Below, one piece after another: positions 39,101 through 50,223 of a stretch of 64,000 bases of DNA; within the stretch, counting starts at the first letter, position 1, and every line of letters begins with the position of its first letter. Source of the DNA: Squalus acanthias. Lineage: Eukaryota. The position numbers and the translations under genes are program-made. Location: NCBI GenBank assembly GCA_030390025.1, contig CM059430.1, positions 61,442,001 through 61,506,000 on the forward strand, written 5' to 3'. The notes beneath the pieces are model-generated. The model saw only the letters and a program-made list of their open reading frames with translations. It ran no database searches and was not told where the DNA came from.

Positions 39101-40697
39101 AGTGAAGACAAATGTAGGTCCCTTACAGTCAGAAATGGGAGAATTTATAATGGGGAACAAGGAAATGGCAGTGTAATTAAACAAATACCTTGGTTCTGTC
39201 TTCACGGAAAAGGACACAAATAATTTTCCAGAAGGGAACCAATGGTCTAGTGAGAAGGAGGAATTAAAGGAAATTAGTATTAGTAAAAAAATAGTGCGGG
39301 AGAAATTAATGGGACTGAAAACCGATAAATTCCCCAGGGCCTGATAATCTGCATCGCAGAGTACTAAAAGAGGTAGCCATGGAAATAGTGGATGCATTGG
39401 TTGTCATCTTCCATAATTCTATAGATTATGGAACAGTTCCTGCAGATTGGAGGGTGGCAAATGTAACCCCACTATTTAAAAAAGGAGGGAGTGAAAAAAC
39501 AGGCAACTACAGACCGGTTAGCCTAACATCAGTAGTAGGGAAAATGCTAGAGTCTATTATAAAGGATGTGATAACAAGACACGTGGAAAATATCAACGGG
39601 ATTAGGCAAAGTCAACATGGATTTATGAAAGGGCATTTGTGTTTGACTGGAATTTTTGATGATGTAACTGGTAGAATAGTTAAGGGAGAACCAGTGGATG
39701 TGGTGTATTTGGATTTTCAGAAGGCCTTTGATAAAGTCCCACATAAGTGGTTAGTTTGCAAAATTAAAGCACATGGGATTGGGGGTAATATACTGGCATG
39801 GATTGAAAATTGTTTAACAGACAGGAAACAGAGAGTAAGAATAAATGGGTCTTTTTCGGGGTGGCAGGCGGTGACCAGTGGGGTACCGCAAGGATCAGTG
39901 CTTGGGCCCCAGCTATTCACAATATATATCAATGACTTGGATGAGGCAACCAAATGTAATATTTCCAAGTTTCCTGACGACACGAAACTAGTTGGGATTG
40001 TGAGTTGTGAGGAGGATGCAAAGCGGCTTCAAGGCGATTTAGACAAATTGATTGAGTGGGCAAATCCATGGCAGATGCAGTATAACGTGGATAAATGTGA
40101 AGTTATCCATTTCAGGAGGAAAAACAGAAAGGTAGAGTAATACTTAAACGGTGATAGATTGGGAAATGTTGATGTACAAAGGGACCTGGGTGTCCTTGTA
40201 CACCAGTCACTGAAAGCAAACATGCAGGTGCAGCAAGCAGTTAGGGAGCCAAATAGAATGTTGGCCTTCATTGCAATAGGATTTGAGTACAGGAGCAAGG
40301 ATGTCTTACAACAGTTGTACAGGGCCTTGGTGAAACCACACCTGGAGTACTGTGTGCAGTTTTGTTCTCCTTATCTAAGGAAGGATATACTTGCTATAGA
40401 GGGAGTGCAGCGAAGGTTCACCAGACTGATTCCTAGGATGGCAGGACTATCGTATGAGGAGAGATTGGGTCGACTAGGCCTGTATTCATTAGAGTTTAGA
40501 AGAATGAGAGGGGATCTCATTGAAACGTATACAATTCTGACAGGGCTAGACAGACTGGATGCAGGGAGGATCTTTTCCCTGGCTGGGAGGTCTAGAACGA
40601 AGGGTCACAGTCTCAGGATACGGGGTAGGACGTTTAGGACTGAGATGAGGAGAAATGTCTTCAGTTAGAGGGTGGCGAAACTGTGGAAATCGCTACC
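36110..40697 (+). mobile_element. Near full-length CR1 LINE, same subfamily as 14159-18612, inactivated
   Basis: ORF1 MGEQEMCCCCNIWEL...GKCLRLEELQLRVEELE, VVGDSIVRG, GTND; ORF2 APE and RT ORFs 39379-40668; 3' end interrupted at about 40697. Confidence 0.95.
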
Positions 40698-41759
40698 TGG
40701 CGTAAGGCCTGCTTTTCTCGGCATAAGAGTTTAAAAAAGTAAAAAAATAAATGTTTTCACTCATTTTTAATTTCAAAATACTTTTAATGAAGTATGTTTA
40801 TTTTTAGCCCCGTAAAAACCTTTGATTATTTATTCCCAAAAATTTAATTTTTGTTTAAAATATTTAATTAATGTAATTTTAACTAATTTTAAATACATGA
40901 TTTAAAAAAAAAGTGTTTTTTTTGAGTGATCCCATTTCATACTTTTGATAGATCTATTCGGAGAGACCTGTCAATAGTGTGAAGTGGGAATCCCTTCTTT
41001 GATTGGTTCCCCATGGCCCACGTGATCCCAGGGACGCTTGCGAACTGCCTGCGCCCCTGGGATACCTGGGCCTCTGCGCGTGCGGACCAGGTTCGGCCCA
41101 GGATCGGAAGTGTCGGGTCCTACGGAGCCAGCAGGTAAGTCCGTAGATATTTTCCAGATCGGAGGCATCCGCTGGCTGGAAGCGTCCGATCAGAAAATCC
41201 GGGCCATTGAATGGCCGAGCAGGCTCGAGGGGCCAAATGGCCTACTACTGCTCCTATTTCTTATGTTCTTATGAATACCTTGTAGCCAGCAATATTAAGT
41301 GCCCATTCCTCCCCTTATTTGAGCCAGGTTTCCGTTATTGTCATTATTTCATTTTCCCATGTGGCTAGTTGTGTCTGCAGTTCACCAACCTTATTTACCA
41401 CGCTCCATGCATATATGCACGTGCTCGCTAAACACCTCCCAGTCTGCCTCGTATTTCCACCCTCTCTAATTCCTCTTATTTCTGAACTGCTCTTTATTCT
41501 AACGTGGGTTTTCTCTCCCAGTCCTCTGTGCACCTTCTCATAGAGTCATAGAGTTATACAGCACAGAAAGAGGCCCTTCGGCCCTTCGTGTCCGCGTCGG
41601 CCATCAGGCCCTGTCTATTCTTACCCCATTTTCCAGCACTTGGTCCGTAACCTTCTATCCCCTCTCCAATGCTTCATCCTGGTGTCGCTCCCCCACAGCA
41701 CTAGTTAACTTCCCTGCGAGGACATTGGTCCCACCCTGTTGAGGTAAACCCTTACATGG

Positions 41760-41897
41760 NNNNNNNNNNNNNNNNNNNNNNNNNNNNNNNNNNNNNNNNN
41801 NNNNNNNNNNNNNNNNNNNNNNNNNNNNNNNNNNNNNNNNNNNNNNNNNNNNNNNNNNNNNNNNNNNNNNNNNNNNNNNNNNNNNNNNNNNNNNNNN
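41760..41897. other. Assembly gap (138 N)
   Basis: Run of N. Confidence 1.
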
Positions 41898-41902
41898 CCA
41901 TA

Positions 41903-42050
41903 TAACGTCTCACCTGAAAGATGGCATCTCCGACAGAGCAGCAGTCCCACAGCACAGCACTGAAGTGGCAGTCTGGATTATGTGTTGAAGTCTCTGGAGT
42001 AGGGCCTGAACACACAATCGTCTGACACGGGTGCAAGAGTGCTACCAATG
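41903..42050 (-). mobile_element. DeuSINE-like 5' fragment
   Basis: AACGTCTCACCTGAAAGATGGCATCTCCGACAG...GCAC...CTGGATTATGTG resembles the reverse complement of the SacSINE/AmnSINE head region. Confidence 0.5.
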
Positions 42051-42351
42051 ATGGAGGCCTAACAACACTCTTGTTGAATATTACTTTGAGTATAAACATG
42101 GGAGACTCATAAATTAGCAAATTTTGCAAGGCGAAAACGAGATTCTCCAGCTTTGTAGCAAGGTGAATTGCTGGATGTGTAAGTGGAAACAGTGCACACC
42201 TCCAATGAAACTATTTGAAAATCTGTTTATAAGAAACATAAATTAAGAATAAGCACATATTCCGAGCAAATCCTTCACTCTCTCCCATTCTGGTTATAAC
42301 CCTGGGGTGCTCTTTATCTTCACCTCCTCAAGTCCAAGAGGTGCACACTTG

Positions 42352-43568
42352 CAAACAAAGGAGCTGAATTCCAGAGGTGAGGTGAGCGTGACTGCCCTTG
42401 ACATCAAGGCAGCATTTGACCGAGTGTGGCATCAAGGAACCCTAGTAAAACTGAAGTCAATAGGAATCGGGGGGGGGGGGGGGGGGAAATCTCCACTGGC
42501 TGGAGTCATACCTAGCACAAAGGAAGATGGTTGTGGTTGTTGGTGGTTAACCATCTCAGCCCCATTACATCGCTGCAGCAATTTCTCAGGGCAGTTTCCC
42601 AGGCCAACCATCTTCAGCTGCTTCATCAATGACCTCCCCTCCAACATAAGGTCAGAAATGGGGATGTTCGCTGATGACTGCACAGTGTTCAGTGCCATTC
42701 ACATCTCCTCAGATAATGAAGCAATCCATGCCCGCATGCAACAAGACCTGGACGACATTCAGGCTTGGGCTGATAAGTGGCACGTAACATTCATGCCACA
42801 CGAGTGCCAGGCAATGACTGACTCCAACAAGCGAGAGTCTAACCACCGCCTCTTGACATTCAACGGCATTACCATCGCCGAAGTCCGCACCAGCAACATC
42901 CTGGGGGTCACCATTGACCAGAAACTTAACTGGACCAGCCACATAAATACTTTGACAACAAAAGCAGATTAGAGACTACGTATTCTGTGGCGAGTGTCTC
43001 ACCTCCTGACTCCCCAAATCCTTTCCACCATCTACAAGGCACAGTAAGGAGTGCGATAGAATAGTCTCCACTTGCCTGGATGAGTGCATCTCGAACAACA
43101 CTCAAGAAACTCGACACAATCCAGGACAAAGCAGCTCGCTTGATTGACACCCCATCCACCACCTTAAACATTCACTCCCTCCACCACCGGCATATCGTGG
43201 CTGCAGTGTGTACCATCTACAAGATGAAATGCAAGAACTCGCCAAGGCTTCTTCGGCAGCATCGCCCAAACCCGCGACCTCTACCACCTAGAAGGAGAAG
43301 GGCAGCAGACACATGGGAACACCATCAGCTGCAAGTTCCCCTCCAAGTCACAGAATATCCTGACTTGGAAGTATATCGCTGTTCCTTCATCGTCACTTGG
43401 TCAAAATCATAGAACCCCCTCCCTAACAGCACTGTGGGAGTACCTTCACCACTCAGACTGCATCAGTTCAAGAAGCCGGCTCACCACCACCTTCTCAAGG
43501 GCAATTAGGGATGGGCAATAAATGCTGGCCTCGCCAGCGAACCCCACATCCCATGAACGACTAAAAAA
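42352..43568 (+). mobile_element. Family-B LINE, 3' half (RT)
   Basis: ALDIKAAFDRVWH, CFINDLP...MFADD, WADKW; family-B tail at 43490-43568. Confidence 0.9.
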
Positions 43569-44417
43569 TACACAAGTGCTGTAGCGATCCAAGGCCTTTC
43601 CTGGCTGTACCATGTAAAGCATTGTAGAGTCGCAATGTTCTCTGCCAAAACTGCCCACTGCTCTGTAATTGTCCTGGAGATCAATGGTAACCCATCATTT
43701 CGTTCCCCCTCTACCAATTCCCTGTTGAAACGTTTCTCCCCTAATGACAAGTTGAAAGATGTCATGGATTTCTTTTTCATCAAATAGAGACCATCTGCTC
43801 AGCTACCTCTACTGCTTCCTCCTTACCCCTTGCACACCAGGCCAAATCTTTCCTCATACTGTACCCCTGAATCCTTGTTTCCCTGTATCTTCTCTTCCTT
43901 CTTCCCTACATGCACTCTCTAAGTTCATCTAATCCACATGAACCACTTCCTGCTCCATAGGCCCAAACCGGTGACCACCCAACTTCCGTTTCTGGCCCTC
44001 ATGATAGTTAAAGTTATAAACGGCCGCGTCTTCTCCGAGACTGCCCTCTTTCATTTGGAAACCGTTGTCATCACCCCTTCCCAATAAACTCACACTCGAC
44101 CGCTCTCTCCGTGCAAACTGCCACCACATCTCTGAACTTCATTTCGTCCTGCAAGACACTGGGCCAAAAATTGCGGCCAGCGGTGGCGTACCTGCGGAGT
44201 ACGCCGCTGACATGTGAAAAGAATACGCATCTACCTGAAGGTGACCCTCCTGCGAAAACTTGTCATCTGATGCTGCGAGTAGGAGGGCAGCATAATGGCC
44301 ACAGATCCCAGGGATGCAGCCTGCGTGGAAGCGTACCTGGGATTACGTGGACATGGTCCTCCAATAAGAAAATAGAATTGGATTGTACATAACTTCAGAA
44401 GGGAATCCTGTAATCCT

Positions 44418-45775
44418 GTAACTACAGGCTGGTCAGTTTAACATCAGTGGTGGGTAAAGTTTTAGAAATAATAATCAAGGAAAAAATTTATGAGAACTTG
44501 GAAAGGTTTAAGCTAATTCAGGAGAGCCAACACGGATTTGTAAAAGGCAGATCATGTTTGGCTAATCTAATTGAATTTTTTGATGAAATAACAGGGAGGA
44601 TCGATGAAGGGAATGCAATGGATGTTGTCCACATTGATTTCGGGAAGGCGTTTGACTAAGTACCACATAGAAGGCTGATTAACAAAATTGAGTCTCATGG
44701 AATAGGTGGGTCAGTGGCAGCTTGGATGAGGAATTGGTTAAGGACAGAAAACAGCGAGTTGTGGTAAATGGCTGTTTTCAGACTGGAGGATGGTAGACAG
44801 TAATGCTCCCCAAGGGTCAGTGCTGGGGCCACTGCTTTTTGATATATATAAATGATCTGGATATTGGAATACCAAGTAGAATTTCTAAATTTGTTGATGA
44901 CACCAAACTTGGGGGTGTGGCAAACAGTGAGCATGATATCAACCGACGGCAACAGGACATAGAAAGGCTAGCAGAATGGGCAGACAAGTGGCAGATGGAA
45001 TTTAATACAGAGAAGTGTGAGGAAGGAACAGGGAGAGGCAATATACACTTAGGGGCACAGTTTTAACGAGTTTGCAGGGACAGAGGGATCTGGGAGTTAA
45101 TGTGCATAGGTCCCTCAAGACGGCAGGACATATTGAGAGAGTGGTTGGCAAAGCATATGGGATCTTGGGTTTCATAAATAGAGGTATTGAGTACAAAAGT
45201 AGAGAAGTTATGCTTAACCTTTATAAAGCGCTGGTTAGGCCACAACTGGAGTATTGCGTCCAGTTCTGGTCACCACAATTTAGGAAGGATGTGAAGGCCG
45301 TTGAGAGGGTGCAGAGGTGATTTACCAGAATGCTTCGGGGATGGGGGATCGTAGCTACAAGGACAGGTTGGAGAAGCTGGATTTGTTTTCATTAGAGCAA
45401 AGGAGGTGGAGGGGTGATTTGATAGATGTGTACAAGATTATGACGGGTTTGGATAGGCTAGATGGGGAAAGGCTGTTCCCACTAGTTGATGGTACAAGGA
45501 CTAGGGGACACAGATTTAAGGTTTTGGGCAAGAGATACAGGGGGAATGTGAGGAAAAACTTTTTTCGGACCTGTAACTCGCTGCCGACGGAAGTGGTGGA
45601 AGCAGACACACTCACTGTTTTCAATGGGGGACTGGATAGGCACTTGAGGGAACTAAACTTGCAGTGCTACGGGGATAGAGCGGGGAATGGGACTGGCTGG
45701 ATTGCTCTGCAGTGAGCCGGCACGGACTCGATGTGCCGAATGGCCTCCTTCTGTGCCGTTGTGACTCTATTGCTC
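44418..45775 (+). mobile_element. 5'-truncated CR1 LINE (RT)
   Basis: QHGFVKGRSCLANL, IYINDLD...FVDDTKL, RPQLEYCVQFWSP; tail. Confidence 0.9.
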
Positions 45776-46279
45776 TATAATCAAAATTAATGGAATCTGG
45801 TAATCCGATTTCGTTATAATTTCCAGGATTGTAATTGAATTCTTAATTAGCTTTGTTCCACCAACTTCACTAAAAATTTAATTTTGTTGATAATAATTAT
45901 CGACATGATGAAAACGCTAATATTTGCAGAAACAAGACTCATTTGACACGGTTAAACGATATTATTTCCGAGATGTAAGTGTTTCAAACATGTCTGAGGT
46001 ATCCCCTTACGCTGATGCAAACAGCTTCTGAGCCTGTTTGCATCAACCGTTACATTTCCGTATGCAATTGCTGGGCATTATTTGGGAAAATAGTCCAACT
46101 CTGCGCCAGCAATTGTTTTTTCTTGGGCCGTGTGGAATGTCTGTCAACGCGCGGTGGATTGTAAAAGAGGTAGAATGGCAACTCTGAGAGTACGCAGCCA
46201 TACCCACCGCAAATTCAGGGCATGGTTAACCAAACCACCATTCTTCAACGCTTCTCCTCTGTGTCCAACCTGGTTAGGC

Positions 46280-46569
46280 TGCCGTTACTTATCAGGAAAC
46301 ACTTCGCTTGTTTTGGCAAATTCTGCACATGAAAATCAAATATTTTCCCTTACTCTTTGCTGTCCGTCACACATGTAGTCCAAGCAGTTGAATAAGCTCA
46401 GAATTTAGAAAATTCCACTTCACAAACGAAGCTAAATTTCTGAACCCGCAATTACAGGATGTCAAATGTCATTGCGACCGATCTCATTGAAAACTAACCG
46501 CAAACCATTCTTAACAGTTGCAAACTCGCAGTTACTGCAGAGAGTCATCAGTTGAGTCTGTTGCTCAGA
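46280..46569 (+). promoter_or_regulatory. Putative proximal promoter/5'UTR of the receptor gene
   Basis: Unique sequence directly upstream of the leader ATG; RUNX-type AACCGCA at 46496-46502 and ETS-type CAGGAAA at about 46293. These are short motifs and could be chance. Confidence 0.3.
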
Positions 46570-46624
46570 ATGTCGGCGAGTATCCTTTTCCTGTGCCTGA
46601 CTCTCCGGGGGATTATTTACATAG
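46570..46624 (+). CDS. IgSF receptor exon 1: signal peptide
   Basis: ATG at 46570, MSASILFLCLTLRGIIYI + G then donor GTACCT; 55 nt, phase 1, in frame with the V exon. Confidence 0.8.
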
Positions 46625-46793
46625 GTACCTCTTTATTCATTGTCCCAGCTACTTAAATTTATAAAATGCTTCCGAGGTAGTTTTCACATTAATTTAGTGA
46701 ACTGCCATTCCTCTATCTAGATTAGGTTTCACTCTTCCATCGCCATGACGTGTCTAATACAATTAACCTGTACTTGACTATATTTTTTGACAG

Positions 46794-47114
46794 CGGCGGA
46801 CCAGATTTCGTTCAGAGTGATTCAAGTGCCCAAACAAGCGACTGTATCCAGAGGGGAGAACATCACCTTATACTGCTTATTCCCCATCTCCCAGGACCAT
46901 TCCTGGGTAAGAGTGCATTGGTGGAAACAGGGTGATAATGAATACCTGCGCCCAGGCGCGGATAACAGAAAACGATTTGGTCTCAAAAGTAAGGCGAGCT
47001 GGTTCTTTCAGTTGCTGAGCGCGACTTTCCAAGACTCTGGAGTCTATCACTGTGCAGTGTTCCATCGGGGAATAATTCGAGGAAATGGAACCGGATCACA
47101 TGTAATTGTGCATG
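46794..47114 (+). CDS. IgSF receptor exon 2: germline VJ-type V domain (NKp30/NCR3- and SIRP-like)
   Basis: Acceptor TTTTTTGACAG, donor G|GTAAGT; open 321 nt; GENITLYC, VHWWK, DSGVYHC and J-like GNGTGSHVIV. Confidence 0.93.
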
Positions 47115-48346
47115 GTAAGTGTGAAACACAGGAGAGCGGGACAGTCGAAACTATATCGAACATATCAAACGGGGATGTTTTGTGATTGTTTTATTGCACC
47201 GCTTTTGGCCGTATAAACATGTCTATTGACACATTTCGCGATAAGTAAAGATGTATGTTCGCGTGCTCTGTGTAGAACTGCTAATTAGGCATTCAATATC
47301 ACAGGCAGAGTATTGCAAATTTATCAATATTAACCAATTAGACTATAACTGCAAAGACAATTTACACACCTGCTATCTGATAGCGGAAGTTCGGAACAAA
47401 TTCCAAGCATATTACTGACTGAAAATCCTTTGTATTAATGCGCCTCTCCCAACATATACACGGGTCTCAGCCCATTCCTGATGCTTTGTCTGCCCCCATC
47501 GCTGTCTTTGCGGTTTAACATTCCTGAAATTTATTCTCACATAATGTTAGCGTCAGGGATTAGAAAGCCACCGTGAAACTAGCTGTTGATCAACGGCTTC
47601 ACTCAACAAACTGGAGCTTGGAACACACAACGTTGGCACCTCATTAACTTCCAATAACTGAAGCAATACAGAGGAACTGTGTTACCGAACCCTCCTGACG
47701 TTCAACCGAATATAATGTCGTTCCCCAATTGTCATGTTTGCAGCGAACATAAAAACTGACTGTAAAAGCTTCTATAGAAATGTGAAGAGAAAAAGATTGG
47801 TGAAGTCAAGCGTAGGTCCCTTGCAGTCAGAATCAGGGGAATTCATAATGGGGAACAAAGAAATGGCAGACCAATTAAATACATACTTTGGTTCTCTCTT
47901 CACAAAGGAGGACACAAATAACCTCCCAGAGATGTCGGGGATCATAGGGTCTAATGAGAGGGAGGAATAGAATGAAATCAGTATTTGTAGGGAAATGGTG
48001 TTAGGGAAATTGACGGGATTGAAGGCCGATAAATCCCCACGGCCTGATAATCTACATCCGAGGGTACTTAAGGAAGTGGCCCTAGAAATTGTAGATGCAT
48101 TGCTGGTCATCTTCCAAAATTCTATAGACCCTGGAACAGTTCCCATGGATTGGAGGATAGCTAATGTAACCCCACTATTTAAAAAAGGTGGTAGAGAGAA
48201 AACGGGGAATTATAGACCGGTAAGTCTGACATCGGTAGTGGGGAAAATGCTAGAGTCCACTTGGAAAACAGTGACAGGATTGGACAAAGTCAACATGGAT
48301 TTACAAAAGATAAATCATGCCTGACTAATCTACTTTAATTTTTTGA

Positions 48347-48557
48347 TGTGGTGATGCCGGTGTTGGACTGGGGTGGACAAATGTGAGAAGTTGCACAACA
48401 CCAGGTTATAGTACAACAGCTTTATTTGAAATCACAAGCTTTCGGAGCGCTGCTCCTTTGTAAGATGAAGTCACCTGACGAAGGAGCAGCGCTCCGAAAG
48501 CTTGTGATTTCAAATAAAGCTGTTGGACTATAACCTGGTGTTGTGCGACTTCTCACA
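48347..48557. mobile_element. Foldback Penelope-type non-autonomous element (about 81-nt arms) with 12-bp TSD
   Basis: TTAATTTTTTGA at 48335-48346 and 48558-48569; arms 48380-48460 and 48479-48559 are reverse complements with 3 mismatches. Confidence 0.85.
48467..48511 (+). ncRNA. Minimal type-I hammerhead ribozyme motif
   Basis: GAAGTCAC-CTGACGA-A-GGAGC-AGC-GCTCC-GAAA-GC-TT-GTGATTTC: stem I 8 bp (one GU), conserved core, 5-bp stem II, loopless palindromic stem III (AGCT), putative CUU cleavage triplet. Confidence 0.7.
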
Positions 48558-50223
48558 TTAATTTTTTGAGGATGTAACTGGTAGAAAAGATAAGGGAGAA
48601 CCAGTGGATGTGGTGTATTTGGACTTTCAGAAGGCTTTTGATAATGTCCCGCATAAGAGATTAGTGTGCAAAGTTAAAGCACACAGGATTGGGGGTAAGA
48701 TACTGTCTTGGATAGAGAACTGCTTGGCAGACAGGAAGCAAAGAGTTGGACTAAACGGGTCTTTTTCAGAGTGGCAGGCAGTGACTAGTGGGGTACCGCA
48801 GGGATCGGTGCTAGGACCCCAGCTATTCACAATATATATAAATGATCTAGACGAGGGAACTAGATGTAATATCTCAAAGTTTGCAGATGACAAAAAGCTA
48901 GGTGGGCGTGTGTGCTGTGAGGAGGATGCAGAGAAACTCCAGTATGATTTGGACAGGTTGAGTGATTGGGCAGATGCATGGCAAATGCAGTATAATGTGG
49001 ATAAATGCGAGGTTATCCACTTCGGTGGCAAAAACAGGAAGACAGATTATTATCTGAATGGTAATAGATTGGGAAAAGGGGAAGTGCAACGAGACCTGGG
49101 TGTCCTTGTGCACCAGTTGCTGAAGGTAAGCATGCAGGTGCAGCAGGCGGTTAAGAAGGGAAATGGTATGTTGGCCTTCATAGCGAGAGGATTCGAGTAC
49201 AGGAGCAAGGATGTCTTGCTGCAGTTGTACAGGGCATTGATGAGACCACACCTTGAATATTGTGTGCAGTTTTGGTCACCTTCTCTGAGGAAAGGTGTTG
49301 TTGCCATGGAGAGAGTGCAGCGAAGATTCACCAGACTGATACCTGGGATGGCAGGGATGACGTATGAGGTGAGATTGGAACGATTAGGCTTATATTCGCT
49401 GGAGTTTAGAAGAATGAGGGGATCTCATTGAAACTTATAAAATTCTAACAGGACTAGACAGACTAGATGCAGGAAGGATGTTCCCAATGGCGGGGGAGCC
49501 CAGAACCAGGAGTCACAGTCTAAGGATAAGGGGTAAGCCATTTAGGACTGAGGAGGAATTTCTTCACCCAGAGAGTGGTGAACCTGTGGAATTCTCTACC
49601 ACACAAGGCAGTTGAGGCCAATTCATTAAATATATTCAAGAAGGAGTTAGATATATTTCTTAAGGCTAAAGGGATCAAGGGATATGGGGAGAAAGCAGGG
49701 ACAGGGTACTGAATTTGGATGATCAGCCATGATCGCATTACATGGCGGAACAGGCTCGAGGGTCCGAATGGCCTACTCCTGCTCCTATCTTCTATGTTTT
49801 GGCTGTGAAATCTGTCCGCTACCGACTAAGGCCATCAGTGTGCCACCCACAATGTGCAACTTACTGGTCACTGTCTATCTGTTCCTAACACGGAGGGACT
49901 CAGCGCTCCAACTTCCCCCAAGGTTTATTTACTTAATTCTTTGGACTATAAAAAGGAAACATTGATTAGCAAATCGTTGCGACTGGTGTGCTGAGTAACT
50001 CAAAGTCTTGGACTTGATAGCGCAGGTAAAATTGAACAGATGCGGGTGTCTATGAGAGATATGGATCAGGTGTGTGTAGATGATGAGCGTAACATTAAAA
50101 GGACAGGAGGCTGCGCTTTCTAATGGTGCTATTATAATAAAATGGACGGAACGTAAATCAGATTCGTATTTAATCTCCCAATGGTGCCCAGTTAGTCGAC
50201 TTTGTTCATTCTCCGTTCCGCAG

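Larger units (their letters stand above)
47735..49800 (+). mobile_element. 5'-truncated CR1 LINE in intron 2
   Basis: RT ORFs 47995-48324 and 48604-49431; CR1 tail at about 49720-49800. Confidence 0.92.

Noticed and set aside
14159-40697. Segmental duplication explaining the two similar full-length CR1 copies
   Set aside because: Similarity stops at the element boundaries and the flanks differ, so independent insertions are simpler.
43575-44150. Coding-like minus-strand segment, possible retroelement gag remnant
   Set aside because: No recognisable motif; cannot be assigned without a search.
47115-47185. ORF-track extension GKCETQESG... after the V domain
   Set aside because: Read-through past a consensus G|GTAAGT donor; intronic. 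The ORF's TTG start is also intronic.
46794-47300. Rearranging Ig/TCR V segment
   Set aside because: The J-like strand is already in the exon, no heptamer/nonamer RSS was seen, and the downstream tail has ITIMs.
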